A stretch of 64,000 nucleotides of DNA from Schmidtea nova (Eukaryota): assembly GCA_044892505.1 (NCBI GenBank), contig CM097882.1, positions 449,252,001 through 449,316,000 on the forward strand. The letters run 5' to 3'. Within the stretch, counting starts at the first letter, position 1; the number at the start of each line of letters is the position of its first letter. The notes under the pieces were generated by a model that was not told the DNA's origin, did not search any database, and was given only the letters and a program-made list of their open reading frames with translations. Position numbers and translations under genes: made by a program. Positions 38,227 through 51,838 of this stretch are shown one piece after another.

Positions 38227-41200
38227 TGTTAGGCCAGCCAAATAGGACTCACACCGAAAATTAAAGGAAAAAATGAATAAATAAATAAAATTATAAATCC
38301 AAGAACAAGCAGGGGAGGAAAACTTGAAAGAAATAAAATAAAATAATCAAACATGAAATCTATCTGAATAAGCAACACCTGGAACCCACTCTTGATTAAC
38401 CAAACCTAAAGCAGGAATAAACAACAATAAAATATAAATACCAACAGCTGTAGGATTAGAAATCGATTAAAAGTCTGAAATTAACAGAAAATAATACTTG
38501 AAATAAAATAAACTACCAATTAAACTCAGCTATTACCGAACCAGCCTAACGAGTAACACCGAAGGAGATACTAAATAATAATAAATATTAGCATTAAGCA
38601 TCCCACTTTAAAATCCAAACCCGAAATAAATTTATCTAAAATAAGGATTATAAAATAAATATCTGTCAATTATGACAGCGGTAGACGGATTTTGATTGGC
38701 TGAGACCCGGCACGAAAAAGTATATAAGGAGACACGAAATCAGTTGAAGAAGACAAAAAAAATTTTACTTTGAACAAATTTGTTTGACTAGAGTGTACTA
38801 TTTGTAACTGAACTTTGTGCATTAGAATATTTTACTTGGATTCGAGCGATTTATAAAGGTATCAATTTTTATTGTGTTATTATTTATATTGTTTTCTCAT
38901 GCGTTTATATTTTTATAAAAATTATAAGGACACGTCCCGACGGTCTCATGACTCGACGGGCGATAACTGGCCTCCCGACCGACACTCTTCATGGTGCTAG
39001 GTGGTGCGGCGTACGGGCGCCAAACAAAGGGAAGGACAGCGATTGCACATAGGCTAAAGGAATGACTGAGTTTGATTAGGATGACCAGTAGATGTGATGG
39101 GAGTTAACGACCCCACATGTATAGTAGATTCAACTTCGGATAGTTTAATCGATAAGTATGATCACTAACGATAAACCTAAATTCAAGTCAATTTATTTAT
39201 TTTATTAATATCGGTGATTCAACTGATAATTAGAGTACCTAAATATTGAGTAAAGGAATAGTGGACACCATTGAAAGGCGTGTAAATTGGCATAACAGAA
39301 TCCCACGGCAATAAATACCATTCAATCAGAGGGTTACGGGAAATTAGGGTTACTCTACAAACATAGTCGACTTACATCATAAAGGGTAAAGAGAAAAACT
39401 GAACACAATGCATATTTTTTTACGAAAATAAAATTTAGGACATGTTGAAAGGATAGCAGACCCTGTTCGTTTTTATTAACTGTCATTTTCCAAAAGCTTT
39501 AGAAAATTCAACGATTCCATTTATACATCGGGTAGCCAAATATAACAGGAAGGTGGGTGACCAGAGGCCCGTAGAGTAAATGAGTACTCAGCGCGAATCC
39601 AGAGAAAATTCCATGCGCCATAGCAGCCGCTACTTTATCCAAGACGAAAATCCAACATTAAGGAGGGCAATACATTCTGTACGGATAGTTAGGAGACAGC
39701 GAATCAACCTTAGCATTGAACACCGCCACCGAACTGAAGATTTGACCATGTGAAGGATTTTTCTGAATTATTTTCCCAAAGGTAACGATTGAATGTACAG
39801 GCACATCAGCGTCAAAATTTAAACAAATTCCCATTAGGAGCGATCCCAGAGTAGTTAGTCAACATAAAATATTCACGGTTAGAAATTGTCGACGATCGAT
39901 TGTGAGAAATGAATTATAGACTGATATCGAGAAATAATTACACGAGAATATAAGTAGATTACTCTAATTGCTATAACTGTTCTTCCTGACTGAGCTGACA
40001 ACAGCTGTCGAGGGAAATAAATTTTGTTTTCGAGTTAATTCAGGAATGTTGGTGTGGTTGGCCTGTGTATGCCGAACAATGGAATAGAGGAGTTCCGAGG
40101 TCTTGTTTGAATGCGATGATTGGTATGGAGAATGACGACACTGCTTTCAAGTTTGGGTGCTCAAGGGTGAACCTCGTTACAAGGCGTGAATGTAGAATCT
40201 CAGTATTTTTCGCTGTGTTAAATTTTGTTATGTTGTTATGTGTTTTGAAAATCTAATTTAACTTTGAATTCCTTTGTGTGACTTGTTTTATCAATAATCT
40301 GATAGATGAACAAGTGTATGAGAATGTGCGTTAAAATGTATGAAATGGACTTATAATGGTCAGCGTATGATTTTGAGATAAAATTATTAAGCAAGCGGGG
40401 AAAAATAGTGCAGTTACTAATATCGTATAACTTACTTATTTGTGTGATAGTGGTATATAGATCTCACCAAGGTCATAGACACTGACAGTGGGAGGCAACT
40501 AAAACGACGAATGGTAGACTTGATTCAACCGTACCGCAGTAAGAGAGGTCTTGAAGTGCAAAGATAGGGCAACTGGGGCTCTAGAGGAGCAGACTAGGGA
40601 ATTAGAGGCTACGAAACTAGAATTATACCGATGTCTGAGGGAGGTCTCGAACGAATTCATCTTGAAACATCTGAAGGACCAGATCCGTGCGGACACATTT
40701 GAGCGATGGGTCCCGTCGCATAGCAAACCAATGGAAACACAGACAGACGATATACCGCCGATAGCAACGACAGAGATTATTATGGAACCGCCAGTAAGAG
40801 ACCCAATGCCAGTGCCACCGAAATTTAAGAAACGAAATATATTTAGCGTTAAGTGATGCCGTGAATGAAGAGCTTTCGCAAAGCGTATGGGGATTGAGGT
40901 AGACCTGTTAAGTGGGTTGTCCGAGAAACAACTGGTTAACGTCATCTATACTAGCATATTTTTGGGTTGAATAAATGTATTGATTTGTTTTAGTTTTATT
41001 TTATTCTTATGGAATATTGATCTATGTAAAAGTATGATGAATGTGTACGTATGAAGTAAATAATAAAGATGTGACATGTGTTAAACTACTAAGACCTAGT
41101 ATCGGTCGATATGAACCCGTAGATGATAGGGGAATAGTAACTACCTAGGTTGCTCACCTGCCCTATTATTCTACACCACTCAGCACATTACCAATATGGA

Positions 41201-41535
41201 TCGAAATTAGGGGCAAACCATGGGTGCGGGGCGTGGGTAATATTTTTATGTTGGCAGGGTGACCCTAACCATTCCATCCAAGCACAATCGTGTTTAACAT
41301 TAACCAACACACCAGTACCAATTTGTTGCATTTCCAACGTAACATTATAGCGAGCAGCAAGATAGTTAAATGATGTTTTATGTGTTGAATTTTTGATGGG
41401 AGTAACAGTAACGTCAAGGTCATATTGACGGTCAGCAACCCACCATTAATAAAAATTTTCACGGATTTCTCCCCAGGCGATAAAAAAAAATTCAATATTT
41501 CAACACAGCATCCTATAGTAAAATGTACGAACACA
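38227..41535 (+). mobile_element. Uncharacterised multi-ORF repeat, copy C (most complete)
   Basis: Starts TGTTAGG and possibly ends ...GAACACA with flanks ctca/ctta (3/4). A-rich U3-like region, ATTGG and TATATAAG (about 38693, 38722), 5' box, ORF-X about 40500-40970 and a 3' box at 41113-41160. Confidence 0.65.
38690..38745 (+). promoter_or_regulatory. Putative Pol II promoter of copy C
   Basis: Inverted CCAAT (gattggc), TATATAAGG, and an Inr-like TCAGTT about 10 nt after the TATA element. Confidence 0.45.
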
Positions 41536-42522
41536 CTTATTTTTTGTACTGCTTCGTATACATATACATATACATAAGAAAAACATAAATATGAAAAATG
41601 CTAGTATAAAAATATCACACGAGTAGCATTTCCAAACTGTTAGTGGATTTCTAATTTGTGACTATATTACATCTTTTATTTTGTTTACCTTTCTTTTTTT
41701 ATTTTTTGAATAATGAAATTTTTTGATCTAGACTTTTCAAAAATATATAAGCTAAATAGTGAGTGTAATAATTATACACTATAAAAAAGCAATTGAATAA
41801 AACCCGATCATTTTTGTTTGAATTTGTTTAGTACTTGACGATGACAGCTGATATGTTGAAATATATTTTAAGAAATGGTGTTATTTATTTCAAAAAATTG
41901 CAATTAATACAATTTAATAGTTTCTTTTATTTTAAACTTACAAAAATAAAATTAGATGTAAAATTTAATGCATATAAGTTATTGACAGTTCTTTAACATT
42001 GCATTTCGATAAATAAAATTTAAAAAAAATTCTAACGAAATTTACTACTTTAATGCACATAAAACGAATGTTTTAAGTTTCTCGCGGTTTATTGGAGTCT
42101 TAACAATTGTTAAAATTCAGTATAATGATATTATAAGTTTTCCGTTGAAGTTTAAAGTTCTAATAAAATAAAATAATAAATTACCAGTTGATATTAGGAA
42201 TCAAATTCGGTGCAAAATGAAACAGTTTCCATAATCAAAAGATTATTTTATTTTTGCTTTGACAGATTATTTTTATATCCAAGTTGAAAAAAAGTAACCA
42301 GTCATTTTGGTTTGTTAAAGATACTAATATTATTCTTGTAAATCTATATTAATTATTTATAATGTTATTGTCGAGCCTTGTATTTTATATATTGTATAAT
42401 AATTTACCCTACAGTTAACTGATGTCATTTCGTTTACAAGTTTTACACGAACTGATAAGCGAAAATAATATCAATATTTAATTTTAATTACACTTTTAAA
42501 TACATTGATGAACTTAAATGAC

Positions 42523-43173
42523 TGTTGGATTATTATTTAATATGTTGGTTAATCTCTGAATCCTCGTGTCATTTCTTTATAAATCAAATAATCGAAACCC
42601 AACACAGAACAAATTTATTGACTCTCAAAACAAATTAAAAATATCCACTTTATTTGCACTCTTCTTTTTCTTTATTGATAGGTTTTCCTTCGCTCTTTTT
42701 GTATTCCTGGCCTTTCAGCATCTCTACTTTTATACCAAATCTGTCAAAGTATTTTGATTACTCTTTTGATAACTTGTTTCCGAAATTCCAAAGTAATTGC
42801 ATACAAAACAGGCAATTTGCTCGGACCGGTTCTTGGGCAATATACTCTAAATGAAAGTAATTATTTTGACGATCACGGGGGCTTTCCATACAACTCGGCT
42901 TTCTACACATCTCGGGTTTCCACATTGCTCGGGTTTTCCATTATTGAATTAATTAATTTGTATTCTTATAACTTTCTCTAGAGAGCCTCTCGCTAAATTT
43001 CTATTATAATATTTGGGCTTGTCTCTAGATTTGGCGTTCAACCATTCCCGTTTCCCCCGAAAAATATTGTTTTTTAATTTTTCTATAATTTTAATTAATT
43101 TTTGTTCTTTAATTATTTTTGATGTTTTGGTTTTCCGCGCTTTTATTTCCATCATATTATATCCACCCCAACA
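42523..43173 (-). mobile_element. Solo-LTR-like repeat, family 2
   Basis: TGTT...AACA ends and similarity to 11535-12322. Flanks tgac/gtac are imperfect. Confidence 0.6.
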
Positions 43174-43604
43174 GTACTATATTATGCAATATGCTGTTTA
43201 GAGTTTACGATAATCTGAACTCTGCGACATTGTATCATACTACCAGTCATATTCTTGTCAGATACTGTTAAAAGTTTTGGATTGCTGTTTCTGTTTATTT
43301 ATTATTAAGTTTATAAAAATTATGTAGCTTAATAATTTTGACAATTTAATTAAATACCAAATAGCTAGCTTTATAAAAGTTTCGTTTCTAATAATAATTG
43401 TTCATTGCTATCAAAAAAAGTATATTATAACATTTGAATTATTTAATGTTTTCCCTTAAAGCCCTTTCATGTGCGGAACGTAACATTACGATTTTAGTAG
43501 CCTTTTAGATCCTCACTGTGATGTTTGTAATGTGATGTTAAGTGTTGTTTATCGTATTGATTCGGCAGATGGCAGTACTGAACCATAAAATTCATAGAAA
43601 AAGG

Positions 43605-44604
43605 TGTTAGGGATACCTAAATAACAAATTTAGGAATAAATAAATAAAATTACCTGGAGGAAAATCGTCATGACGAATGAGACGGTTAACGGGAACTCGG
43701 AAAAGAAAACAAAAATAAAAAAAATGAGAAATGAGAAAGAGGAATCAGACAAAAAAAGAAAAACAAGTCAGCACTATATAATTAGTACAAAAGAAAAAGG
43801 AATTTCAAAATCGGGAAAAACAGAAACAACAACAATATACTTATCTCGACAGCTTGTCAGAGATAACTGAAACAAAAAGAAAACAGACCAGAGCGGCAAA
43901 AAGGAAAAACAGAGAATATCTTGACAGCTGTCAAAGATAACTCCGTTTTAGAAAAGTCGAGAAATTATGCTGGAGGAAAAATTGAAAATTAGAGATACAC
44001 TGAAGTGTCACAAAGTGACGAGATATAAAAGGAGGGAACTCAGCAGAGAGTGACAGAACATTGGCGGGAGAAAAATTACGAGAGAAAATTAGACAGAACA
44101 TTTATGACAGACGGTTGAAGACAATACGACGGAAATTTATTGGAGAAATTGAAAGATTTTGTGAAGCCGGAGAAAGTTAGAAGAGAAGTTTAGAAAATAA
44201 TTCAAAGGAAATCCGACGAAATAATAATCAGAAATAAAGGAAGTGACAGAAATTTTAGTGAGATCCGTTATTATCAATTAGTAACCATGTAAAGCTCAGC
44301 AAATAAATCCAAGTAAAACCCATAAAACAACAAGTTAAATTACCAGTTGTTACCCTCTTCAGTAGTGAGTAATATTTTGAATCAGGATTATACGCGAGTG
44401 CTATTCCTCACAATAGTGTTACAATAAGCACTGTATAATCATCAGTTAGACTGTTGAGTCAATTGTATCATTGTGAAAATATTTGTGATATTCAATAAAG
44501 TTTACTGCTGTCAATTGTTATTTGTGGGTCAATTAAAAGTACGCTTGGAGTCAGATGAATAATTTGTTAAATTTGAGTTTCACCAACGACCCAATAACCC
44601 AACT
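43605..44604 (+). mobile_element. Solo LTR, family 1
   Basis: TGTTAGGGATACCTAA...CCCAACT ends, TSD aagg/aagg, colinear with 15721-16786. Confidence 0.9.
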
Positions 44605-45531
44605 AAGGTTACAAAATTAAAAATTTTTGTTTTTTTCCAAATATTACTCCACATTACGAGAAAATTTCGAAAAAAATTCCACATTAAAATGATTAAGAGC
44701 GGAATTAAATTTCATAAAAAATCGTGAAACGTGTCAATTATCCGTCAAAAAAAGTTAAAGATATAATTGTAATTTTCAAAAGGTATTCTTTTCAATAATA
44801 TTCGAATGTATTCGCATCTCGCACTTAAGAGCCGCGTTTTTTTGTAGAGCGTGGGATAAATCCACATCTTACACTTGAGAGCTGTGCATGGTGATTCGGA
44901 TTTATTCGCATCTTGCATCTTAAGGGTTAATAATCATGATAAATCAATGTGCATATTTTCAATTGTGAGTTACAATTTGTAACTTTGATTTTCAAAGTTA
45001 TCATTCTGTGACTTCTTTTGTTTCATAATTATAATAGCATTTTTAATTGCATTTATTTATAAATAAAAGTTGAAATATATTAGCAGTTGTAAGGGCGGAA
45101 TAAATTGCATTTCAACAATCTTTATTAGTTATTTACATTATAGAAAAATAAAGTTGAATATGGAACAAATGGAAAGTTCGGCAGTCAGAAATTGTTTGAT
45201 TGTGCTGATAAAAAAGGGGTTCTGATAATCATAAATGACAATATTAATACTTGTGTTAACGGTATGATTACTTTATTATGCTTATTTGCTGCAGTTATAA
45301 CTGGTGATGTGTTTTAAATATTTTTTCCGATTATTATCTATTTTTCTCACCAGGCCTTTGTTTAGTTTGATATTTTAATCCAATAAATATTTAGCATTTA
45401 ATATTTATTTTCTAGCTATCGATACTTTATTTTTTAAGGTGATTTTGATTGTTATTAACCTAAAGCACTTTCAAATTTGTAATAATTTTTAAATTAAATA
45501 TTTGGGAATGAGAATTAAAACTTTATTTTAA

Positions 45532-45572
<41 letters not shown>

Positions 45573-48500
45573 AGTCTTCAAGCTATAATAATTAAGGGAG
45601 TTCCAATAATTTATCTTTGTAAACTCAAGCCACTACCTTAAATTATTGATCTTTTATTTTATTAAAATTTCATCAAACAATATTTTACATAATCAGAATT
45701 AATTTAAAATCTATCAATAATTAAATGCTAAATCTTCTTTTGATTATTTTCATTTTTTCAGACAAATGATCAAAAATATTTTTTATTCATTATAAAGTTT
45801 CGATACAACTTTTCCCATGTTAAATCTTGTTAAATGAACCATTGAAAGAAACAGGATGGAAATTTTGTATTAAATAAGAGAATAAATTATCTAAAAAAAT
45901 GATATTTAATTATTTATATAATTGAAACTAAAAATTTAAAGGATGATCATTAATATGAAATACTCATTAAATTTTATTATTAATTGCTTTGACAACTTAA
46001 TGCTATTTATGTTTGTCGTTAAATGAATAAATTAACAATCTAACCTGCTTGTTCGAAATGCGTTTAATACAATTGTTATCCAGGTATGTATTTATGTCTT
46101 TTGGCCGTTTTTTAATATATCGGTGTTGTAAGGATTCTTAAAGATTATATTTTTTATTAATTTAAAATACTGATACAAATAAAAGTACATTTTTTTAAAT
46201 TCACATAATTATATTACAGAAAATAATTTCATAATTCATTACTATTACATCGAAATTTTTGATAGAATTTGGTGTTATAATGAGAACTAAATAAGTATTC
46301 AAAATTCCATTTTAATAAAATTTGGGAATCGGGTTAACTCATAGACTTCCAACGCGACACATCTGTCTTACTGCAAGTAATACATACATTAATAGCGCAA
46401 TGGGGATTATAAAACTTAGAATCTTCAGTCTCAATGGTTCGTAATCAAATCCCGTGATGTTTAGTTCCGAAAACTCCATAGATTGAATGAATTTACTGAT
46501 TTTTAAAGGAAAACAGCTGTTTATCACCATTTACATACGTAAAATCAAGATAAACTTTCATTATATAAATTATTTGTATACTTTTTTTTCAAAATAAATT
46601 TTCTGTACAATAACGATTTTTTATCTCGGCTAGAATACCAGTAAAACATGATCTCAATCAGTAACCTTCTAGGGAAATATATGTCTAAGCCCCAAAGATT
46701 TATTCCCTTTCATTTGAAAAAAAAGCATGTATGACTAAACTGTAATAAGCCTAAATAACATGCACATACTGAAAACACTCAATTTTGTAAAATATAAAAT
46801 TGGTAATCGATCACTAAATTTAGATATAAAAGTCCGAACAAGCTAAAGATAAGCTATTAGCGTTAATACTCTTTTCAGAATTCCTGGTATTTATAATGTT
46901 CACATATAATTGAAATATATATATATAATATAAATATCTGAAAAATGAACATAATAATTAAATGATATTATCGAAACTAAATATTAAAAAGATATCCTTT
47001 GATATGCAATTAATGATTGCAAAATTTTCATAAAAACTTAAAACCGTTTTTTTGGTTTTAAGACCATTTAAAATCAAATTCCGGATTTAAAAACGGTTTT
47101 CCTATTGTAATAAAATAAAACAGAAAATATTTTTTTTTATTATAACGAAAACGAATTATTTTATTAAGTAGGCAGTTATTTTTATTCGATAATAAAAATA
47201 AAAATATAACAAACAAATAACATCTTAACATGAAATATTTAACTCTTAAATGCATGATTTTTTGTATTTTATAAAACACCAGAAACACTTGCCACGTGCT
47301 ATCACAATTATTATTGACAAAAAACATAGACTAAAACATAGATTTCATTTTTATTTTCACTTGAATCCATAGACAGACTGTTTATCTTATTGCCAGACTA
47401 AAAAAATATATCGCTGTCATTAATCATAAATAATTATATTTAAATACTTGGTACGATGGAAATTTCGATCATAATGCATTTACGGGTTAAAATAAATACA
47501 TAAATATTGTAATAATAACAGCATTAAATAATTTTTATTAGAGACTTCATAAATTATAATAAGCTCTTAAAAAACTCATTGCATCAATGCTGCAATTACT
47601 CAATCTTGATCTGAATTTACTACAAATTTTACTGACTGTAAAAAAGTGCATTCTAATTCAACACTTATAGGTTGAATTGTTAATGAAAATGCATATACCA
47701 TACTTAAAAGTTTATCTTTCATTCCTTCTGATTCGAAAAATGTTATTTCTTTCTTCACTTTCTTAACATATCCTGATTTTTTAAATTATTTTTTTACATT
47801 AAGGTCATTTGTAATTATTAAATTTAGTTTTCTTTCATCGACAAATTAGTAGCCTCAACCTCAAATTCTATTTCCTCAACAGATTCATAATTTTGTTCCG
47901 ATTCCGAGTTTACACCACCTTTCGCGAATTTTTATTTTGAGTATTAAAATTAATTTCGGTATGTATGGAATTTTTTTGGTTGTTATCGATGTAATTTTCA
48001 TTGTTATGAAGATATTGGAGTACACACGAAAAGTTAGTATGGCGTTCCATAATTCGAGACTGTATAGCTGTTTGAAATTACCGATTCAATGGACTTTGTC
48101 AATATTATCAATTATGAAAATCTGCTGCCATTAGATTTGCATTAATTATTTATAGTACTTCTACATATAACTGTACAGGGAAAAGAATATAGACGGTCTT
48201 ATCAAGTTAATTTCAATTTCAGAAAAGCTTATATCAGTTTTTATACGCTTTTTTAACACATGATATCAATTTGTAGAATCTTTCTAACATTATCATTAAA
48301 CTACTTCGTGTTAGAGAGTCAAATATTAATTGAGGCTCTTTTCAAAATTGTTCTTTAACGTATTTTTGAAAAACATAATTTTTTTTGTGAAGATCGAAAT
48401 AAATTAATGGTTTTCCGTACTTTTGTAATTAGAGGACAGAATTCTTTGTCATTATTATATAAAACTATCATTATTATATAAAACTGCAAGACCATCATCT

Positions 48501-48732
48501 TCAATATTATTACTTTCGTCGTCTGGATATTCTTGATCACTATCAAAGCTATAATTATATTCTTCCATTTATGATGCTTCGTTTTCATAGCTTGTTCAAT
48601 ATAATATATCTAAAATCGCTAGTTGAATTCTGTGTACAAAACAAAGTTGCTGGTGGATGTTGATCAACTTACCAACTTTTTTAATCACTGACGCCTTATC
48701 CGTTGTTATGCATACAATATCTTCGTTTAGAG

Positions 48733-51700
48733 CAGAGGTTCCCAAACTTTTTTTGTCTCGTGGACCACTTGTCCTGGTTTTCGGTTTTTAGGTAGACTCC
48801 CTGCTTACCTGAGATTAATTTGTGCAAATTTATCAACTTCAAATGTATTTTTGACTACTGGCATAATGCTACTCATTTTGAAAGATTTAAATTTCTAACT
48901 GTAGGGAAGTGTATATGAAAAACCTAAAAGAACACAGTAAGTTTTATACATTTATTAATTAAATTCAAATTAAAACAAATTAAATTAAAATTTAGTATCT
49001 ATTATATAAAATAACTAAGCAAAAAATAAATACTTTAGTGTGAGGGATGAACCTGATAATAAATAAATAATAATAAATTTTCAACATTTGACATCAATTT
49101 AGTTAGGTGTAATCTCAAATTGCCTCGGTTAATGATATACAATTTGTTTCTTTTTGTTGTTAGGAGATTGGCAACTGCGCTGAAAATCCTTTCCACTAGG
49201 TATGAGGATGGATAAGAAATTAAAAGCTTTCTCGCGATATTCCATAATACAGGATAAGTAACAGGTATGTCTTTTGAAGCCAGAATTGCTGATATCCGTT
49301 TCTAAACTGTACCTTAAGTGGTATGTTAGTGTTTATTGCGATTAGTTCCTCTTGTAATATAACATCCGTTTCTTCAATGCAACCATATGGATTGATTATT
49401 CACTGTGGTATAACCATAGTTAAAATATCCTCAAACCTAGTTTCAAAATCTTAACCGAGGACATATAAATGTTGAACGTAGGCTGAAACGTCATCTTCCT
49501 GACAATTTGTCTGTAACAAATTGGGGAACTGGGAAAATTTGCGCCGTCCAATATTTTGCTTCATTAGCTTAATTCTGGCAAGAAACGCTGAAATGATTGA
49601 CTTTGTTTTAATCAAATTTAGACTTTTACCTTGTAACTATTAACCATATTAAATTTAGTAAACAAATCTGTTAAATAGGCAATGTCTATTTTGCACTTCA
49701 ATAAATTTTCTTTTAAAATTTGATTTTTAGTATCCTGAAATTCTAAAATAGTCTCAAAAAGTGCAAAAGATCTTATCAAACATAAGCCTTTCGACAGCCA
49801 ACGTACTTCAGTGTGACGGAGTAATTGATGAAACAGCACAAACAACCGTGTATACAATGCGCTTCTTTGGATTTGTTTTATTACATTAATGACTAATTGA
49901 AGAGATTCAAACAATCTAACAATCAAAATTTTTTTGATGACGTAATTTATTTCTAACACCCGGGTAAATTTTATTTAAAATATCTTATAAATTCAGGGCA
50001 GGGTATAGACTGATATTTTATTTGATAAAAGGATTGCTTTTTCATGAAGTAATCCTTGAAAACATGAAATATTGATTCGCTTTTAGTGTCTGTTATCAAA
50101 GCTCTCGCGAAGAGGAGTTCCTCGTAGATTTCTTGATCCATAATAAAACTAACATGCCAATATTAATGCTTCATTACCAGGTAAAGTTGACTCGTCCAGC
50201 AGTATAGAAAAATGGGTTGTTTGCAAATAATTTCACAAGAAGCTTTCAATATCATAACTTATTTCATGAATATGTCTTTCAACTGTTTTGTTGCTTAAAG
50301 AAATTCTTTTAATAATATCAGATGCAGGTTTTTGTAAAACAGTTTTTAAAACATCTTCAACGGCTGGAAAAATTAACTTTTCTCCGATATTATGCAGTTT
50401 CTGGATTTTGCTATAAGTAGCGAGATATTGTAAGACCGCCGCAAACCATCATCGTTTCTTTGTGACGTTGAAGCAAACATTTTTTCTGGCGTGGGTATTT
50501 TTTTGAAGTTTATTTCAAATCTTAATTTTTTATCAGGATGACATCTTCTTAGAAGCTTAGATCATTTCATAGCGTCATTACTTAAAACTTTGTTGCATAA
50601 AAGGCACATATGCAATTGTTTGTCCGACAATGATGGAATGAAGCCAAACTTCAAATAATCAACACTGTACTACTTACATTTATTAGATTTGGACATGTTT
50701 AGTATCAGTTATCTGGTGATAAAATTAATCTATTTAAATAAGACAGCAATAATATAATAATAAATTTTATAAAAAACAATGTATTTAATTTTCTCCGGCA
50801 CTCTTAAACAAAATGATACTGATTCACTTTACTTTCCTTTTCAAGATTCAGGAAACAAATGGACGTATTTGTCTCTCACATTCGTAATTATCGACTGGCG
50901 AATTGAACCAGTCAGTGCAAGTACGAGTCTTCCTGCACTGTCTTTGCGATGTTCTGAGACAAGAATGGACAAGAATTTATACTTCAAGTATGTGTGTTAC
51001 ATGATGGTACTGGTATGTCATTATGTCCAAGTTTTTACAAGTTAAAATTTTATTGCGACGACAAAGCGAATACTTACAACTTACAAAACAGTAGTAGTGT
51101 ACTGTCGGTCTGCTTGTGACGTTTTCACGTAAAAACTAAGCAACAAATCTCGTGATATTGTGCGCATATTAAGTTGGAGGTGTAACTAGCTAGAGTTGAT
51201 ACAAGCTATATGCTACAATTTACTTTGGAAAAATACTTTTACAAAATAGAAACTTAAATTCAGAGAAAATAAAACGTACGTGGGTGGAGCTGCGGACAAC
51301 TGCTAGTTAACAATAATTCTTTAACAGTCTCATTTGTCAGAAAATATATCTAATAACTTAAATTTTATTATATTTCTCCATCACGTTTCATGAACATTTA
51401 ATGTTTTAAGAAATTTTACTTCATAGGTACTTTTATAATTTATGTAGATAGTTATATCTAATATATCTAAATATATCTAATAACTTAAATTTTATTATAT
51501 TTCTCCATCACGTTTCATGAACATTTAATGTTTTAAGAAATTTTACTTCATAGGTACTTTTATAATTTATGTAGATAGTTATATATCTTTATACTATAAG
51601 GCAGTATTATATATCTTTATACTATAAGGCAGTATTACATAAGTAAAGAGGTGTTATGCGTGTATGCGGATTATTCCATTAACGAATGCCAAAATTAATG

Positions 51701-51838
51701 TCACGACCTGCTTTTATGAGATCAACTATCATTGACCCATATTTTCGTTTCATGGACTACCAATTTTCGGTGAAATGGACCCCTTGCAGGTCGTCGTCGA
51801 CCCCTGAGGGTTGATATAAACCACTTTAGGATCCATTG
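48733..51838 (-). mobile_element. hAT-Charlie/Buster element with a decayed transposase (about 50696-49150)
   Basis: TIR cagaggttcccaaact, TSD gtttagag/ttttagag. Remnants YSVDYLKFGF..CLLCNKVLSNDAMK and QLLRHTEVRWLSKG (FAM200/SCAND3-like). Confidence 0.9.
51345..51630. repeat. Tandem duplications and Helitron-like ends inside the Charlie element
   Basis: A unit of about 125 bp is repeated twice, followed by atatctttatactataaggcagtatt twice. A Helitron-like 3' end gagctgcggacaactgCTAG|t lies at 51287-51306. Confidence 0.7.

Noticed and set aside
40850-40875. Two apparent CGA-to-TGA stops in ORF-X as evidence of CpG methylation
   Set aside because: Too few events to separate from ordinary transitions; would need family-wide counts.
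43454-44929. Possible piggyBac element enclosing the solo LTR
   Set aside because: The right end aaggg|ttaa fits, but the left end lacks a TTAA TSD and the TIR match is too short.
48191-48203. AGACGGTCTTATC, matching part of the planarian spliced leader as I recall it
   Set aside because: Only 13 nt, inside a hAT transposase remnant, with no following splice donor or Sm site; probably chance.
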